Origin: Auanema rhodensis
Taxonomy: Eukaryota > Animalia > Nematoda
Direction of reading: 5' to 3'
DNA: 64,000 nt
NCBI GenBank assembly: GCA_964057225.1
Contig: OZ059897.1
Location: 6,138,001-6,202,000 of the forward strand
In this document: positions 15,211 through 30,000 of the stretch, in pieces
Position numbering within the stretch: the first letter of the stretch is position 1
Layout: each line of letters opens with the position of its first letter
Translations under genes and position numbers: made by a program
Notes under the pieces: generated by a model
What the model was told of the DNA's origin: nothing
Database searches by the model: none
Seen by the model: the letters and a program-made list of their open reading frames with translations, nothing else

Positions 15211-17673
15211 TTACTGCATATGTGATCATCGTGCTCCAACCTATCCTTTTTTCATTTTTTTGTACTCAAAGTAAATAATTTTTATTTGATTAAAAGAATT
15301 AAATGTTTATGTGACCAATTGTTCCACTAAACTATTCAAAACATTCAAATAATTCAATCAACAAACAGTGCTATAGAACTAAAATATAGAAAGATACATT
15401 GATAGTATCCAAACTAGTTCAATTTCAAAAATAAATGATTATTGTTCATTTATTTATTTATAAATAATATAAATATATTTACATTTCTTTATGCTATAAA
15501 GAATTTGTTATAATTTGTTATCATCTAATGAATTGGTATAGTTATAATAGTCAAGTATGCGTGTAGATTAGCATAATTTTGACGTGGATGACAGTTTTCA
15601 TTTTCATTTGTTTTTTGCGCATTGACCGGTTGCATTGATTATATTAATCAAATTAAATATATCAAACTTTGTTTTTTGTTATTAATTAAAAATTGAATTA
15701 CTTAACTATAATATATTAATATGAGAAATTAATATGATATAGTTTATCAATCAACTATTTTTCAAATAAATTCGATTTCAAATAAAATTATTGAATAAAA
15801 TAATAATTATTTACTTATTTATTATTACTATTCATTATTATTATTATTATTTACTATTATTTGAAAATCTATAAAATTGAATCAAGAAGAAGGTTTTGTT
15901 GATAGATTAGATAATGCTTATTGCCAAAGTTCATAATTTTTAAAAACAAAAAACATATACTGAACGGGTAAAAGCTTGAATCGTTTCTTCACGTTTTCTT
16001 TTTGAACATCAAAATCAAATAATTGAACGTTTCAACTAAATTAAAATTATATATCGTTCTGCTATTCCGTTTTTGCTATCACAAACACATTCATTTCAAA
16101 AATAATAATTCTTTCTGATAAGATTATGAATTATTCTTCAATGAAATATGTATCTATATGGGACTTTGCTATTGCCATGCGATAATCAAGCCAAATACAT
16201 GTGCGTTTGCCCTGATATTCCAAAGAAATATGGCACATCCGACATTTGTAATCATCATGCACCCCATGGTTGATGGGTAACGAGCAGCAGAAGCAGCAAT
16301 TACAAACTTTATTTCACGTTCGATTGGAACTGCCGTCGTCACAAATCAGTATTACAATCACGAAAAACCTAAAAACAATATCAAATCTGTGGTTATATAT
16401 ATGTAAAGCAAATTATAAATTACCTCATAATCAATATGAAAAGGTTTATTTTCAATAAAAAAAATTTTATGTCATGCTTATCATACTCTAGCTCTATGTT
16501 TATATTTATATGAAATCGTATTTAGTCAACGTTCTAATAAGATTTGAAAAAGAATTATAAATATATTGTTTTCATTTTGAACTTCTTTGATTAGATGTAT
16601 TTGAGAAAAAACTTCGAAATAAATCTTTTACTTGTCAATTGTAATCAGTTGGAGAGCAGTATCTTGAATCTTCTCATTCTTAGCTATTTCACTATCTCGT
16701 TACCTTTGTTTAGGACTGACTTTTGATCATTATAATCATTTAAGAAGAGAATAACTTGCTTCACATCCATTTTCCAAATGGTTTCGGTGTTTTCACATTG
16801 CTGCTACTGCAAGTTGAAAATCTGCTGGCAATTGGCTAAGAAATAAAGAGAGAAAGAGTGAGAGAAGGGTTATTCTGTTTGGATTTTTTTATAAAATATA
16901 CTTCGCACAACTGGCATATCTTTGTTTGTGTAATGATAAAAGCTGGATTAACAACTTGATAAAAGCTTTCAATACAGCCCTGTTCACATCTTAGCATTTT
17001 CTATAGTGTCTTGTCGTTGTTGTTGTTTTTGTTGTTAACGATGAAAATAGTTACCAGAAGATGGGAGACATTAGAATCAACTTCATCCTCTGTAGTCAAC
17101 AAAATTGATACATTAGTCAGTTTATAGTTTTATTTTGTTTAATTTTTGAAAAAAACTTTTTTATATATTCAGCTAAAAAATAAAAATAAAAAGGAAAAAA
17201 CTTCATTTGTTTTTTAAAAATTTCCAGAAAATAGATTTGTCTTTCATATGAGCCATATACAGCTTAAACAAAAAATACAAGTCAAATATGGAAACAATTT
17301 GTCAAGAAGAAAAGCGTTTTAAAACTTTTTTTTTTGAAGAAAAAAAGAAAAAAAAATAATAAATATCGGAAGCGTATTCACTAAGTGTGAAATACGTACA
17401 CGTAATATGGTTGAGAACATTCAGATGATAATTGAGAAGAACGAATTGAACAGAGTTTCAAACAACAAAGTTTGTAAATTCTGTGTGAAAATTGAAAAAA
17501 AATTGATTCCTAAGGGTTGAAGGCAGAGTTCAGTGAAAATTTGAGAGAAATTTAAGAGAACGGTTACTGTTTTCAGGACTCTCACAGCAAAACTCGGTTC
17601 CAGACCATTTAAAGCATTGTGAGAGCTGCATTGTCTATTCGTATGATGTAATACGATGAAATTGGAACAACAG

Positions 17674-19936
17674 CTATTCTTGCTCTTCAGCAATATCGAA
17701 GAGTTGTGGGCTAGGTGGTCGTGATGCTGGACGACGTTTTGATACACGCGATACGGATCGGTTGCGAATAAGGTGTGGAGCAGTCAGATGACGGAGAACC
17801 TGGAAAATACGATAATTACTAATGAGAACGGTGAATACAGAATGTTATGAAAAGGGTTGTTGCTATATTACGATATGGAAACAGGAGACGATGAGGGGGT
17901 GGGGATGAATGATTTGAAAAGCAATCAAAACAACAAAGACGGTAGAAGGTACAGGGGAGGAAGGACGAGGACATATGATTGAAATAGATAGATACATAAG
18001 GAGTAGAGGAGTCCTCGCTGTTGTACTCAAATCGACATATAGGTTATATATATATATGTGTGTGTAGTAATGAAAATAATAAAATAAGAGGTTCAGAGAG
18101 AAAGAGAGAAAAAGACGAGACTCTGAGCAATGATTAGAATAGTAAAAACAAAGAAAATAACAGGATTATAATGACCTTATAAAGATTGTTGAGCACAGAA
18201 ACGTTTTTGATAAAACTAGAAGACAAAATCGATCTGTTATTAACGTCTATGAAAAACACGTATATGATGTAAGATCAAATCAGATACATGTTGAGGACGC
18301 TAACGAACACGCTGAATTCGGTGTTGATTACAGAAAGATTAACAAGAATTTGATCAAATTATCTTGTTTTCGAAAATAGTTTGACGTCATGTAATACGAA
18401 GTTACTTAATAGAAAATTGTAATTTTTGTGAGAACAGGTGAAAATTGACAAATTCAGAGAAGAAATTAAAACAAAAAGCAGATGGATTGTTGGTAGGAAC
18501 GCAATAAACGATGGAGAATTATTAGACATTCCTTATCAATCATTCTAGAATATATGGACATGAGCCAAAGCAATGTGGACAATGTCAAAAAAAGTCGAAA
18601 TTGCTGCTTAAGGATGACAGACCATTGAACGAGGGCACTACTTTCTCTGATTGACTTGTGAAGACAATTCAGATGTCTTTCGAAAACTAAACAGGGAAAA
18701 GGGAAAAATTCCTTTTTTATCTACGTCTCACACTATCGGAATGGAACACGGAAGATGACAGAAACAAGAAAAATGGGAAATAAAAGGCTCACCTTCATCT
18801 CAATTTCAGCCAGGTTATGGCGAATGGTGGCGCGACGATCATCCGATGATGTGAGGACTGAGGAGAATGAAGCTGACTTCTTCAGATCAGATGTGTTCTT
18901 TTCATCTCCGCAGCAACCCATGACACAAAGGAATGTTATCCAAAAAAGTTGAACACACCTAGAAATACGATGGGTATTTCAATGAAAAATATAAGAAAAC
19001 GAAGTAGCATATGGAATCAAAGATTGGCTGATGATTGACAATTTCCGAAATAATTTTTGCAAAGTCAGCTAATGAATTGAAATTATTTGTTCGGTGTATA
19101 ACAAGTCTACTTTATCTCTTTCATCGAAACAATTTCATGAAAACATTTTCCACGTGGTTTATCAATGAAAACTGATTTTCATCATTTTTAGAGTTTTTTT
19201 ATGAGAAAAAGGTTATTTTTTTGCAAAAAAAGGCGAAAGACAGTAATAGAAGAAGAGTGAATTTGCATTGGCTTAGAGACAACAAAAATCATTTTAAATT
19301 TTGAACATGGAAGGTTGATGTTGATTAAAGTGGCAACAATCTGTATAGCATATTGCAGGAATCACATGCGCTTTGCAAATAATTTTCAAGAAAAAGGGAG
19401 AAATACATAAATAGAAATTGGAAAAACAGATATTTTAAAAGCAAAAAATCGAATAAGTAAACTACTCACCACTCATGAAGACGGTGCAATACGGCAATAG
19501 CAACTTCTTGTCGAATATCTGCTTTCGTCATCTGCAAATGAAAAGGTTCGAAATAAGAAATAATGAAGAGAAAATTAAAAATTTCATCTTTTAAACGTTT
19601 TAGATTAAGAAATAAATGTTTCAATCTTTTGAAAATAACTGGATTACAGTTAGTAAAGCTCTAAAAGAAGTCTTATCAGGTTATGAGAAAGCTCTATGTA
19701 CGTCAGAAAAGAAAAGATGGCCTGATCAACATGGCAGTTATAGTTTGATTTTGATGAAAAAAATGATATTCTGTCATAAAATAAAAATTTTCTAGAAAAT
19801 AGAATAGAAAATAGCAAAATAGAATGAATAAGTTTGATAAAAAAAAGGAAATGAATCATAATAATGATTATACCTGATGAGTTTTGCGGCTTGAAGCAGT
19901 AGGCGTTGGGTGTTGTGCTGTACTGATCAACATCAT
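17674..19936 (-). CDS. Host 4-exon gene, 138-aa hypothetical protein (exons 19936-19874, 19531-19470, 18958-18793, 17799-17674)
   Basis: All introns are GT-AG with consistent phases (0, 2, 0). Spliced product MMLISTAQHP...LHEWCVQLFWITFLCVMGCCGDEK...RPPSPQLFDIAEEQE*. An unpaired TTTTAG acceptor at 19972 suggests trans-splicing. Confidence 0.75.
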
Positions 19937-20378
19937 CTTGAACAGATTATGATAATCGGGAATATTTTGAGCTAAAAAATAGAAAATAATCAGTAAATAG
20001 TTATAATTCATATAGATATATCTATAGATTAGACATTAAAATCATAAATAAGAATCATAAAAGTGAATGAAATACTGTCGAATAGTGAAGAATGAACAAG
20101 AAAAAAGTTCGAAACAAGATCATTGGTTAAGCTTAGAAACGAGACGAGTGGATGAAATTGCACACAAACGAAATGAAAGCTGAGGACGAGGAATAAGCCA
20201 AACATCTGTGGGCGGTGCTTATCTCCTATCACTCTGAAACTCTTTTTCTGTCACCTCTCTCTCTCTTTCTCTCATCTAAGCTCTGTCCTCGTTTTCTTAT
20301 TATCGTTGCTCTTTGGGGGCGATAAACGCTGTAGAACACACGTGAACAGCACAGAACTAACTGCTCGTTTTCATCTAC

Positions 20379-20438
20379 TTATATAGGTTCCATGGGGTCG
20401 CCCTAAATTGGGCGTGGCTATACAACATAAATGGGCGG
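20379..20438 (-). promoter_or_regulatory. Putative promoter of the 138-aa gene (TATA plus GC boxes)
   Basis: TATATAA on the minus strand at 20379-20385, with GGGCGTGG (20410) and GGGCGG (20433) upstream, about 400 nt before the first acceptor. Confidence 0.45.
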
Positions 20439-23400
20439 GACTTAGTTAGCATTGAACGAGCCGTTGTGTATATGTTGGTTCCTTGCTATAAAACACAAAC
20501 AATACAATGAACAGTATTGATTAATGTTGTTCAAAATCATGAAAAAGGATATTGTGTGGGAGGATGTATCAGGCTAACAAGTTCAAATATTAGTGGAAGA
20601 GCTTTGATGATGTGGCCATAAACGCCTAGGGTGACGCGGATTCTGCTACTGAACTGACAAGCATTGAACGAGAATGGTTCAGATCAAAAGGTGCGACCAT
20701 GGTAGAGCGGCAAATCTGATATTAGTGGGAGATATGCTATACAGGAAAGGAGTAGTGAAGTGAAATACAGACAAATCTAGTATTGTGAACAAACATCAAC
20801 AGTATAGCTTTTGGCTTTTTCATTCTTAAATGGGTTATCTTATCAGTTAGATTGAGGCATTTATTTTGATTTCTTTTCAAAGAAATGAGGAAAATGCTGC
20901 AGTTATTCTGATTAAATACACCAAATATCAATTGCTTCAGTGATAATTTAGCAACCTCTTCATATTTTTACAGACAGTTATCAGAGGGGTTAAGGAGCAC
21001 GGGGAGAATGGGTACAGCCAAATTGTAAGAAACGACAAAGAATGAGAGTCTTCCCCCGATTACATACACCCAAACCATTTCAGCCCAATCTTTCAATCTC
21101 TTCTCTCTTCTCTACTCCTTGACCATAGAACATTGGTTTACCGACTAGGCACAAACACTAGTGGGAAATGGGAAAAAAGTGGGGGCAATGGTGGTTGAGA
21201 TTAGATGAGAATGATGCAATTCACTGATCTGATGTAATATATATGATATATGAAATATGTTTAGGAAGAACTGAATAGTTTTTCTGATGCAATTATTTGA
21301 AAAAATAACTGAGATACTTCACTTCCTCCTTCACTCACGTATTTTTATTATTTTCGTCCAGAATTTTTGAGATTTGTGAAAAGTGATTGTGGAATGAGAA
21401 GGTGAGGATCTAAGATCTAAGATAAAATCTCTATAGTTTCATAATAAAGTAAAGTAAAGCTATGAGAATATGAATTAGTAGAGAAATATCCAAATAAAAA
21501 GAAAATTTATTTCTTATGAAAGAAATCAAAAGAGATGTCTTCTTTCTTTTCAGTTCACTACCAAATCATGACGCAAATGAATTGAATAAGAAAGATTACT
21601 GAGACTAAATTTCTTTTGAAAGTTGGTGAGATTCTGAAAAAATAATTTGAAATTTCACCAAAAAACTTTATATAGTATATACGTGTAATAGGGAGGATTA
21701 AAACGTTATTGATGTTTATGATATGAGATTAACTATCAAATCAACAATCATAGAATAGTATACATCGTCATCTATCAAGTCAAATCATAGTGGATGGACA
21801 ACAACGATGTCGAAGACTTGCAGCTGTAAGAGCTGATAGTTATTTGTATCTTAAGGATATATACATATATTGATATTTGTAAGAAAAGACAAAATAGAAA
21901 GAAAATCAACAATCCGAATCCCGGGATCCTTCTCAACGATTAGATCAAGTCAGTTAGCCAGTTTTTATTTTGGAAGGAAAAACGATTATGCTTTCACCTA
22001 TATCAGGCTTCCCCCCACCCTTTAGGCCAACATTTCCATTCATTCAGCTATATCATTGGTTTATAAACATGTCATTTTCTTTTTTTCTCTCTTCCTCTCT
22101 CTCTCTCAACTCCTCTCAGTTCCCCTCTCTCTTAATTCTCTTTATTACTAAACTTAGAGAGAGAGAGAGAGATGATCTAAAGATAATAGATACACGATCT
22201 GTAATGAAAAGTTTTTATGATTCTCTTTAACAGTTTCTAATCAGTTCTGTTTGCAAGCATTTTCCAGAAAAATACTAAAACTTCGTTCCTTCAAGTAGCA
22301 TGTGTCTCGGTCGGAAATAATAGATTTCGTACAATTCTTCATTTTTTTCTGTTCGAACGAAGTAAATAAAGTTTCTTGATCGTCTGAATGAACCAAAGAG
22401 CATGGAATAGCCGTAGTGAGTTGGTTAGATGAGAAAGAAAGAGGAAACGAGAAGGCAAGAGGGGGATGGTGGAGGGTGCAGTATACTGAGGGCAGGAAAA
22501 CACACAAATTGAACAGAAAAACAACATATCAACAGCAGTAATGAACTTCTAAAGATCTAAAAAGAATAAAATACAAATGGAGAATCAATTGTCGCCAGCT
22601 ACATCTTTTTCTGTGTTTTCATAATTGTTTTTTCAGAAATTTAATAAGAATTCTTTGATCGTCATTTCAAATCAACTTTGTTTGGGAATTGAAGAAGTAC
22701 CGATTGTGTATGGTTGGTTCTGGTTGTGAGATGGGGTTCTCCAGTGACGATCGGGTAGGTTGTGACAGCGCAGAAGTCGAAATAAGGGAGTTCAAAAAGA
22801 AGTAGAGACACAAGTGGAGTGGGTTGGGAAGGGGGGTTTCCCGACTTCACAACGAATCACAAATGGAATTCTGATAAGGTTTTTTTCAATTCGAAAGAGA
22901 TAGATAGATAGCTTGATAGATTGACACAAAACATATTTGAAAGTAGATGGAAAAGACCCCATCTTTTGGCTAAAAGTTCTTTTCAAATACATGCACCATC
23001 ATATCACTGCTGTACAATCCAACATCAACAATCTTTCGTATTTTTTCATAAGAATAAATATTTTTGTTTAAAAACTATGGTTTGAATGAATTGAAAGACT
23101 CGAAGAGAAAGAAAAATAGAGAGTTATAGAGAGAGAGAGAGAGAGAGAGAAAGAGTGAGTGAGAGAGAAAGAGAAAGAGAAAGAGAAGGGAGTTCATACA
23201 CTATTCATTTATACGGTATAGATATGGAAAATCAAATAATATCAATGGTTTTCGTTTTGAGATGTTGATGCTGTTGATGATGAAATGACCGATGATGTCA
23301 TTTTAGAACATGAATTCTTAATTCAAAGGGTTTATCACGGATTCAGATGTCATACTTCATACTTTGCACGTCAGGCTTTGTTGTGTTCCGTGATCATAAT

Positions 23401-25904
23401 GTCTTCCATTCATATTCTTTTACATGGTGAGTGTAATGTTGAAATGGTACTCTATGATACGGTCTAGTCAAGTCATCTAATATGATCATAAGCAATGTGA
23501 AACATGGCTACAAACATGAACAATTCAAATACATTTATGTAACAATAGAGATTATTGGGAAAATTTCACTAAACTCATGATCATCAAGCATTTTGGTTCA
23601 AAGAACATGTAGCTTTGCTTCTATTCTGATTTCTTTCTCTCTATCTCTTTCATAGTCAAATAACTAAATGGAAGAGGGGCTAGATAATGAGTGACGCAAC
23701 CTGTCCGTACAGCTCATCATGCTGTCAAGAAATGCCTTATGTGTGCTTTGAGCAACGATAGGTTTCATACTTTTAACACTCAGTCGGTCAGCTATTAGTC
23801 GTTCAAATGGGCCGATCAAATGCTTTTCGGTATCAAATAGTAGTACTATAAGAGAGTATAAGACACCAGAGAAATATAGAGTTCATCATGTTGCTCGAAA
23901 ATAATGGGACAACGAATGGCAATGGGAAAACACCTTTTGCCAATAGTTGTTCCACTGCAAAGCATTGACGAAAGTCCACTGAAGAGAAAGTCTTAAAGCA
24001 AGGTTCGCTGTCAGCCCGTGCTAACAAAGCAACTCCACCCGAAAACTGTTGAACATTCCACTCTATCGGGTTTTCCCCAAGTATTTACTTCACATGGCTC
24101 TAGTTCCTGACAGGGATCACTACTACATTAGTACACTATCATGCAGTTAACGTGATTGATCATAGAAATGTCAAAGTAAACATTACATATTGAACTTCAA
24201 TTTGTTTTGTTTCCGCTAATTTTCAATATTTGAATCAAAAATTGTTTGTGAAAATATACTATTGCTGTTCATAATACTCACTTTCTTTCTCTCTATTTTT
24301 CTCTCTCTCTCTCTTTCTTTTAATCTTTTATTCAGATCTGTCTATCTTCTCTCGTAAAGTTGCAAATTCATATAGTCAATCTCATAAACACATCAACTTT
24401 TGCAAATAAATAGTTAAGAATTGGTTATGAAATGATTGTTCTTTGAATGTTTGATGATGTCCATCTCAACGTTTCATTCCGTTTCTCTCATTTCCGCTGC
24501 CGATTCTAAGGACAGAAGAACCCGTGCATACAAGGTGATAAGATTCTCTATCCGAAGATACTCTCATCGTTCTCTAAATCGTACATTGCCCCGAGAAGAT
24601 GAGAAGTTTAGGACTGTGTGTGTGTATCCAACAGGGTGTAGGAGTGCTGTTACCGACGAGACAATTGAAAATGGGGAAGAAAGGTGTTATACTGTCAAGG
24701 AAAACTATGAAAATGCGGTTATTATCATGCCAAAAACTAATGATAATAAGGTGAATAAGATTAATTTTCGAAGGTTTTTACACACAAAATGAAGAAATAC
24801 CTCCATATGCTGTGGTAGTCCTGACAGTAATAGATTTGACTTCTATTTCCGTATGGAAAAAGAAATAAATTAATAGTATTTATAGCTAATAAGCAATATA
24901 ATTATTGTTAAAATATCAATAACCATCTTCGTACTTTGACGTCAGAACAACATGGATTTCGTAATTTACAGAATAGTCTACATGTAGTTTAGAGAATCAC
25001 AAACAGTTATGTTTATGAATAAAATTTTGATCTTGTCTTTCGAATCATTTCAGTCTCATCAAATGAAGGGAATAACTTCAAAAACATCTGCACGCATAAG
25101 AGTTGTTACTTGCTTTCAAGTTTATTCATAAAGTTTTTCGAATGAAACTTTTTCTGCAACTTTTTGACATTTGATATCTAAGGTCATTGTGACCAAAAAT
25201 ATTGATGTATGATCAATAGGTTATTCAAGAGTATGGATCTGAAGATTTTCAATGATGTCATATGTATACTACTGATGATGAAATGCTTAAGTAATAAATC
25301 GTTTATAAAGAAAAGAATTAAAACATTGACCAGAAATAATTCTTTATTTATTTCTTAAATCATTTGAATGAATGAGATGAGATAGAGAAGCTGTCGGATG
25401 TACTTTGTCCTTTCCGCACCTTTGTCAGGGAGGTCTTGTGACGAATACGAACTTCAGACTCTATTATGAGTTCTTCTTCTGAATACAGGAAACATCTATC
25501 TACGTGACTTGCTTGATAGAAATTGTATGTTTCAAGATTAGAATATATATTTATTATTGTCATTATAATATATTTATTTGAAAAATGATTTTAAGAACGA
25601 GAAGAATGGGACGAAGAACACATAAACTACATAGCATAGCTAACTCAATCATTCCTCTTTTGCTTTGTTAAATAGTATATTATTATTTCTAATAGTATAT
25701 TCTATTTCCAAAAGTTTCATTTATTACGTTAAGAGCAAAGTTCTGATGTCCGGAGGCAATCAGCAAACTTACAAAACTAATGTCTCAAATGATCTACACG
25801 TGAACAGCATGTGTTTACAACGTGATGTAGTGGCAAGTCTTATAGCTATTGACTATAGGAGAAGAAATGTAATAGAGAGGGGGAATTGCGGAAAATGGGA
25901 TAGG

Positions 25905-25940
<36 letters not shown>

Positions 25941-27005
25941 AAATAGAAGGTGGTTAGGGAATACAGAGAGACGGATTGTTTTTTAAAGTTGTCAACAAAA
26001 CGTGATGATATATACAGCTCTGTAGGGATGAAGCAATAGCAACCTTTTAGAGGGCAATTTATCACAAAGAGAAAACAATCTGTAGAAGTTTGTCAAGAGC
26101 CTGTATTTACAGGTTGAGGTCACAAATCGTTTGTACTACCTCGTCTTCCTAGAGTAACAAATAGCAGCTTGTTGTCTGCATGAATGCCCTCTTGAATGAA
26201 CATACAGACATATATACACATATATAGAATGAAGAATGAATGTTGTGATTTTTATTATTTTCACAACTGAAAAAGGTTTTTTTAAGAGAGAGATAAAGAG
26301 GGAGAAAGAGAGGAAGAGAGAGAGAGAGGGGGGGGGGAGAGAGAATACATATTGTATTGAATAATTGTCATAACAAGAATATCATATCAAAGAATTCAAT
26401 TGAGAGGAAGGGTGTCTGAAGGGGGACAGCAATGTGGTATAGTTAGTTGTGAAAGACAAGGACATTCGATAATCCTTCAGGGAAAGCAAAAATGGTGTAT
26501 GTCCCATATTTGAAGCTTTTTCTGATATTTTCAAACGATAGATAGATTATATATAAAATCTATATCTGATAATAACACAGACTATTTGTTGTCATAAACT
26601 AGTCAATAAAAAACTAGGAATAGCATAGTTTAGTGTCTCTCTTCATGGAAAAAAATCTTTTTTTTCCCATGTTCTTAAAATTGATATTCATATAATGATA
26701 TGAAGACATAGTTTTCGTTCATATTTCTTTGCATCTTCGACTTTTCTTCACCAAAAACACGATGATGATTAAAAACATTTCCACATCGACAACGACATCA
26801 ACGCCGACGACGACAATGCTGCTTCTGCTTATCAGAATACATACACATGCGGGGCAGACGAAGAACCATAAGAATCTCTGACTAGATCGGTCAAAGTATT
26901 GTCTATGTTTTCACTTATAATTATGTATATATATATTATCAATTAGATAATAAATATGTATATAGTATAGTTCATGTCTTTTTTCATGGTATGATATCCT
27001 ATCTG

Positions 27006-27009
<4 letters not shown>

Positions 27010-27061
<52 letters not shown>
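27010..27061. repeat. (CT)n microsatellite
   Basis: CT dinucleotide run. Confidence 0.9.
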
Positions 27062-27065
<4 letters not shown>

Positions 27066-30000
27066 CTATTATATGATAGATAAATGAACAGGATCTCTTC
27101 CTTCCTTTTTTTATGCCAACAGTAGTATAACAGTAATGAAATAGTTAGCATCTCCTTTCTGCAGAAGGTACATACAAAAACAAATAAAAGAAGAATTCAT
27201 TTGATGTGTTCTTCAATCAAAAAATCTTCTATTCTTTCACACATTAACTAATATTCGTTGGAAATAGTAAGGAAAGGCGAGAGAACGAAGACTAGTGAGA
27301 AAGAGAGAGAGAGAGGGATGGTCAGAATGATAAAGAAAGAGAGAGTTGAATGGTTGAACCCAAATTGCACGCAAGCTAGAAGTGAAATATGAGTCGCATC
27401 GTCGAAGAACTTATTTAAACCGTTGTTCTAATTAAAACTTAGTACTTTTACATATTTTTCTTTATGTAAACAGATTAATATATAATATTTTCTATTCATT
27501 AGGTCAAATATATCATTATCATAATGATAAAACATCAAAATCATTCATGTTCTCATTGTTATTAACTTCTTATTTAATAATTCAAATGAAAAATATTATT
27601 TTCTATGAATGTCATCGATCTGTGATCGAAATATCATTTGCAAAATGCTTGCTGATATTGAGTTTCAAAAAAAAGAAAGAAAAAAAAAGCTACTACTAGT
27701 GATAACAATCATTTTGAACTGAGTACTTCTCCACTCAAAAATAATTTTTTTCATTTTTTTTTGAAGGAAAAAAAAAGTTTTGTTTCTCGAGTTTTCTTCT
27801 TTGTTCTTTATAAAATAACAATTAGTAATATCATCAACTAACGATACTTCTTCAATAAAATAAAAGAATTTATTTCAAAATAAAAATGTTTAATAAATAA
27901 ATTTTTAAATGAAAATGCAATTAGAAAACAAACAAACAAAAATATGTCTAAACTACAAATTATTTGAAATATTTTGTTGTTGTTGAATAAGAAATCAAAC
28001 TATCTATCTATCTACATGTACATTCATTCATGTATATGTATGAGTTGTCTATCTCTTTTGTGTTTGTTATCAGGAAAGAAGGTTGCATCCACTGTAATCT
28101 AATGGTTCATCAAAGATTCAGATGAACTTTCACCATTTCACGTGAAATTTCACAATTTTCTTTCTTTAAAAGTTTAACTTCCCATACAAAAACAATTATT
28201 AAAGTTTTATTTTTTAATATTTAACACGTTTCCTGATCAAATTTTTCTTTTTTTTCTTCGGTATGCCAGGCTGAATAAATAGAAAATTATGTGTTTTGTG
28301 TATACGTGAGAGATGCATATGTGGTGGTGCTATATCCAGAATGGAAAAAAATTATAAAATATCAATGATTATACTATATATATTTAATTAATTATATTAT
28401 ATAAAATATAATTATATCATATAGTAAAGGAAAGCATATAGTAAAGTAATTCAACAAAATAATTATTTGTTCTAATCTATATAACAAACATCTGGATTTT
28501 ACATAGATAACGTGAATGTTTACTCTAGTAGATATCAAAGTAGTAGCGTTTCTTAATCAAAAAAATTATATTCAATTTCATCGGTGCAACACAAAAAAAT
28601 GATTTTAAGAACGGAAAGTTCATAAAGATGCTTCGAAAAATAAAGAAAATGATATTTATACGTTAAAAACGACATATTTTGAAATAGTAATGATATGGAT
28701 GCTATCGAATTACGATGCTTATGCGTCAAATTGTGATTACAAAGCCATAATTGATAAGGGGTTTGAGCAGGATGATCAAGTTTTTAACCAAATCGTTCAA
28801 AAGAAATAAATTTTTCGAACATAAAGTTGCTTTAATGAGATTCAAAATAGATTTTAAAATGAAAACAGAAGCACTTTGTTTCGAAGATAATGTGATTGAC
28901 AGTGTCAGATTTTTCGTTTTTTCTGTTCGTTTTATCTGAAACTTGACATTAGTTGAATAGTTTATTCAGAGCAAAGTGCTTCAGGAAATTAAGTGTAAAA
29001 CTATTCTAGAGCTTAGTTTACGAAGATCATTATCATCTTTGTCTTCTTCTTTGTCGTCGTTCTTCTCCCTCTTCTTCTTTATTATCACCAACCTCTTATT
29101 CACGTGAATTTCCTCAGCAGTTTGGTCTGAGGAACAGACATGACAGAAAAATCTCAAAGAGAGAAACTCAAAGGGATAGCAAGTGTGACTGGGACAGAGA
29201 AGAAACAATGATAATAGAGAGCCGTGCCTCTCTGTCTGCCCTGATGTCCTTAGAATCATATCTCTTTCCGTGTCTTTGCCTCCAATCTCACTAGTTCTCT
29301 TATATGAATGATCTCTGTTTCTCTTGCATCAACATGTTCATAGATTCCTCAGATTCTCACGCTGTATCGTGCTATTCACGTGGACAAGACAGGCATTGTT
29401 CACGTGAACAGCAGTAGTGGTAGTAAGATATTGGGTGTAGATAGTGTCCGTTGTATGTTTGAGAGAAATACAAGAGAAATAGAGAGAGAGAATAAAAGAA
29501 AAAGAGAAAGAGGGGGTCAAAGTCCGTACATTCATTCTCTCTTTCTCTTAGAAGCTTTTGAATATTTTTTCCACTTTCTACATATAAACTAGCTTCAAAG
29601 CAATAATTGTGTAGATTCGCTGGGGGAGAATTGAAACTATGCAGGGCAGCAAAGAGTGCAATATATGCCCACACCTGGCTTCAAACGCATCCTCATTCCC
29701 GGGAGCACCTTATAAATTCATTTGTAAGCTTCATCAAAGGACAAGCTATATTTAGAAATTAGTGGGCTAACAATGGAAAACAAATCAAAAATGATGCTTT
29801 TCTGCTCAAAAGCAATGAAAATATTTTCTTATCTTCATCAACATAATTTTGAGGTTTGAAGCTTCAAAATGGAAGACACAACTGAGGATGTGAATACGGT
29901 TTAAGGGGGTTCGGCAAGTCGTCGAACTTTTCGCAAATCTCACTTTACATTCACATCAGCTTCGAAAGATTGTTTGGTTAATTTTTGAAAAAAAAATGAT

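Noticed and set aside
20604-20720. C/D box snoRNA (TGATGA...CTGA)
   Set aside because: No convincing terminal stem or recognisable rRNA guide, and such boxes are common by chance here.
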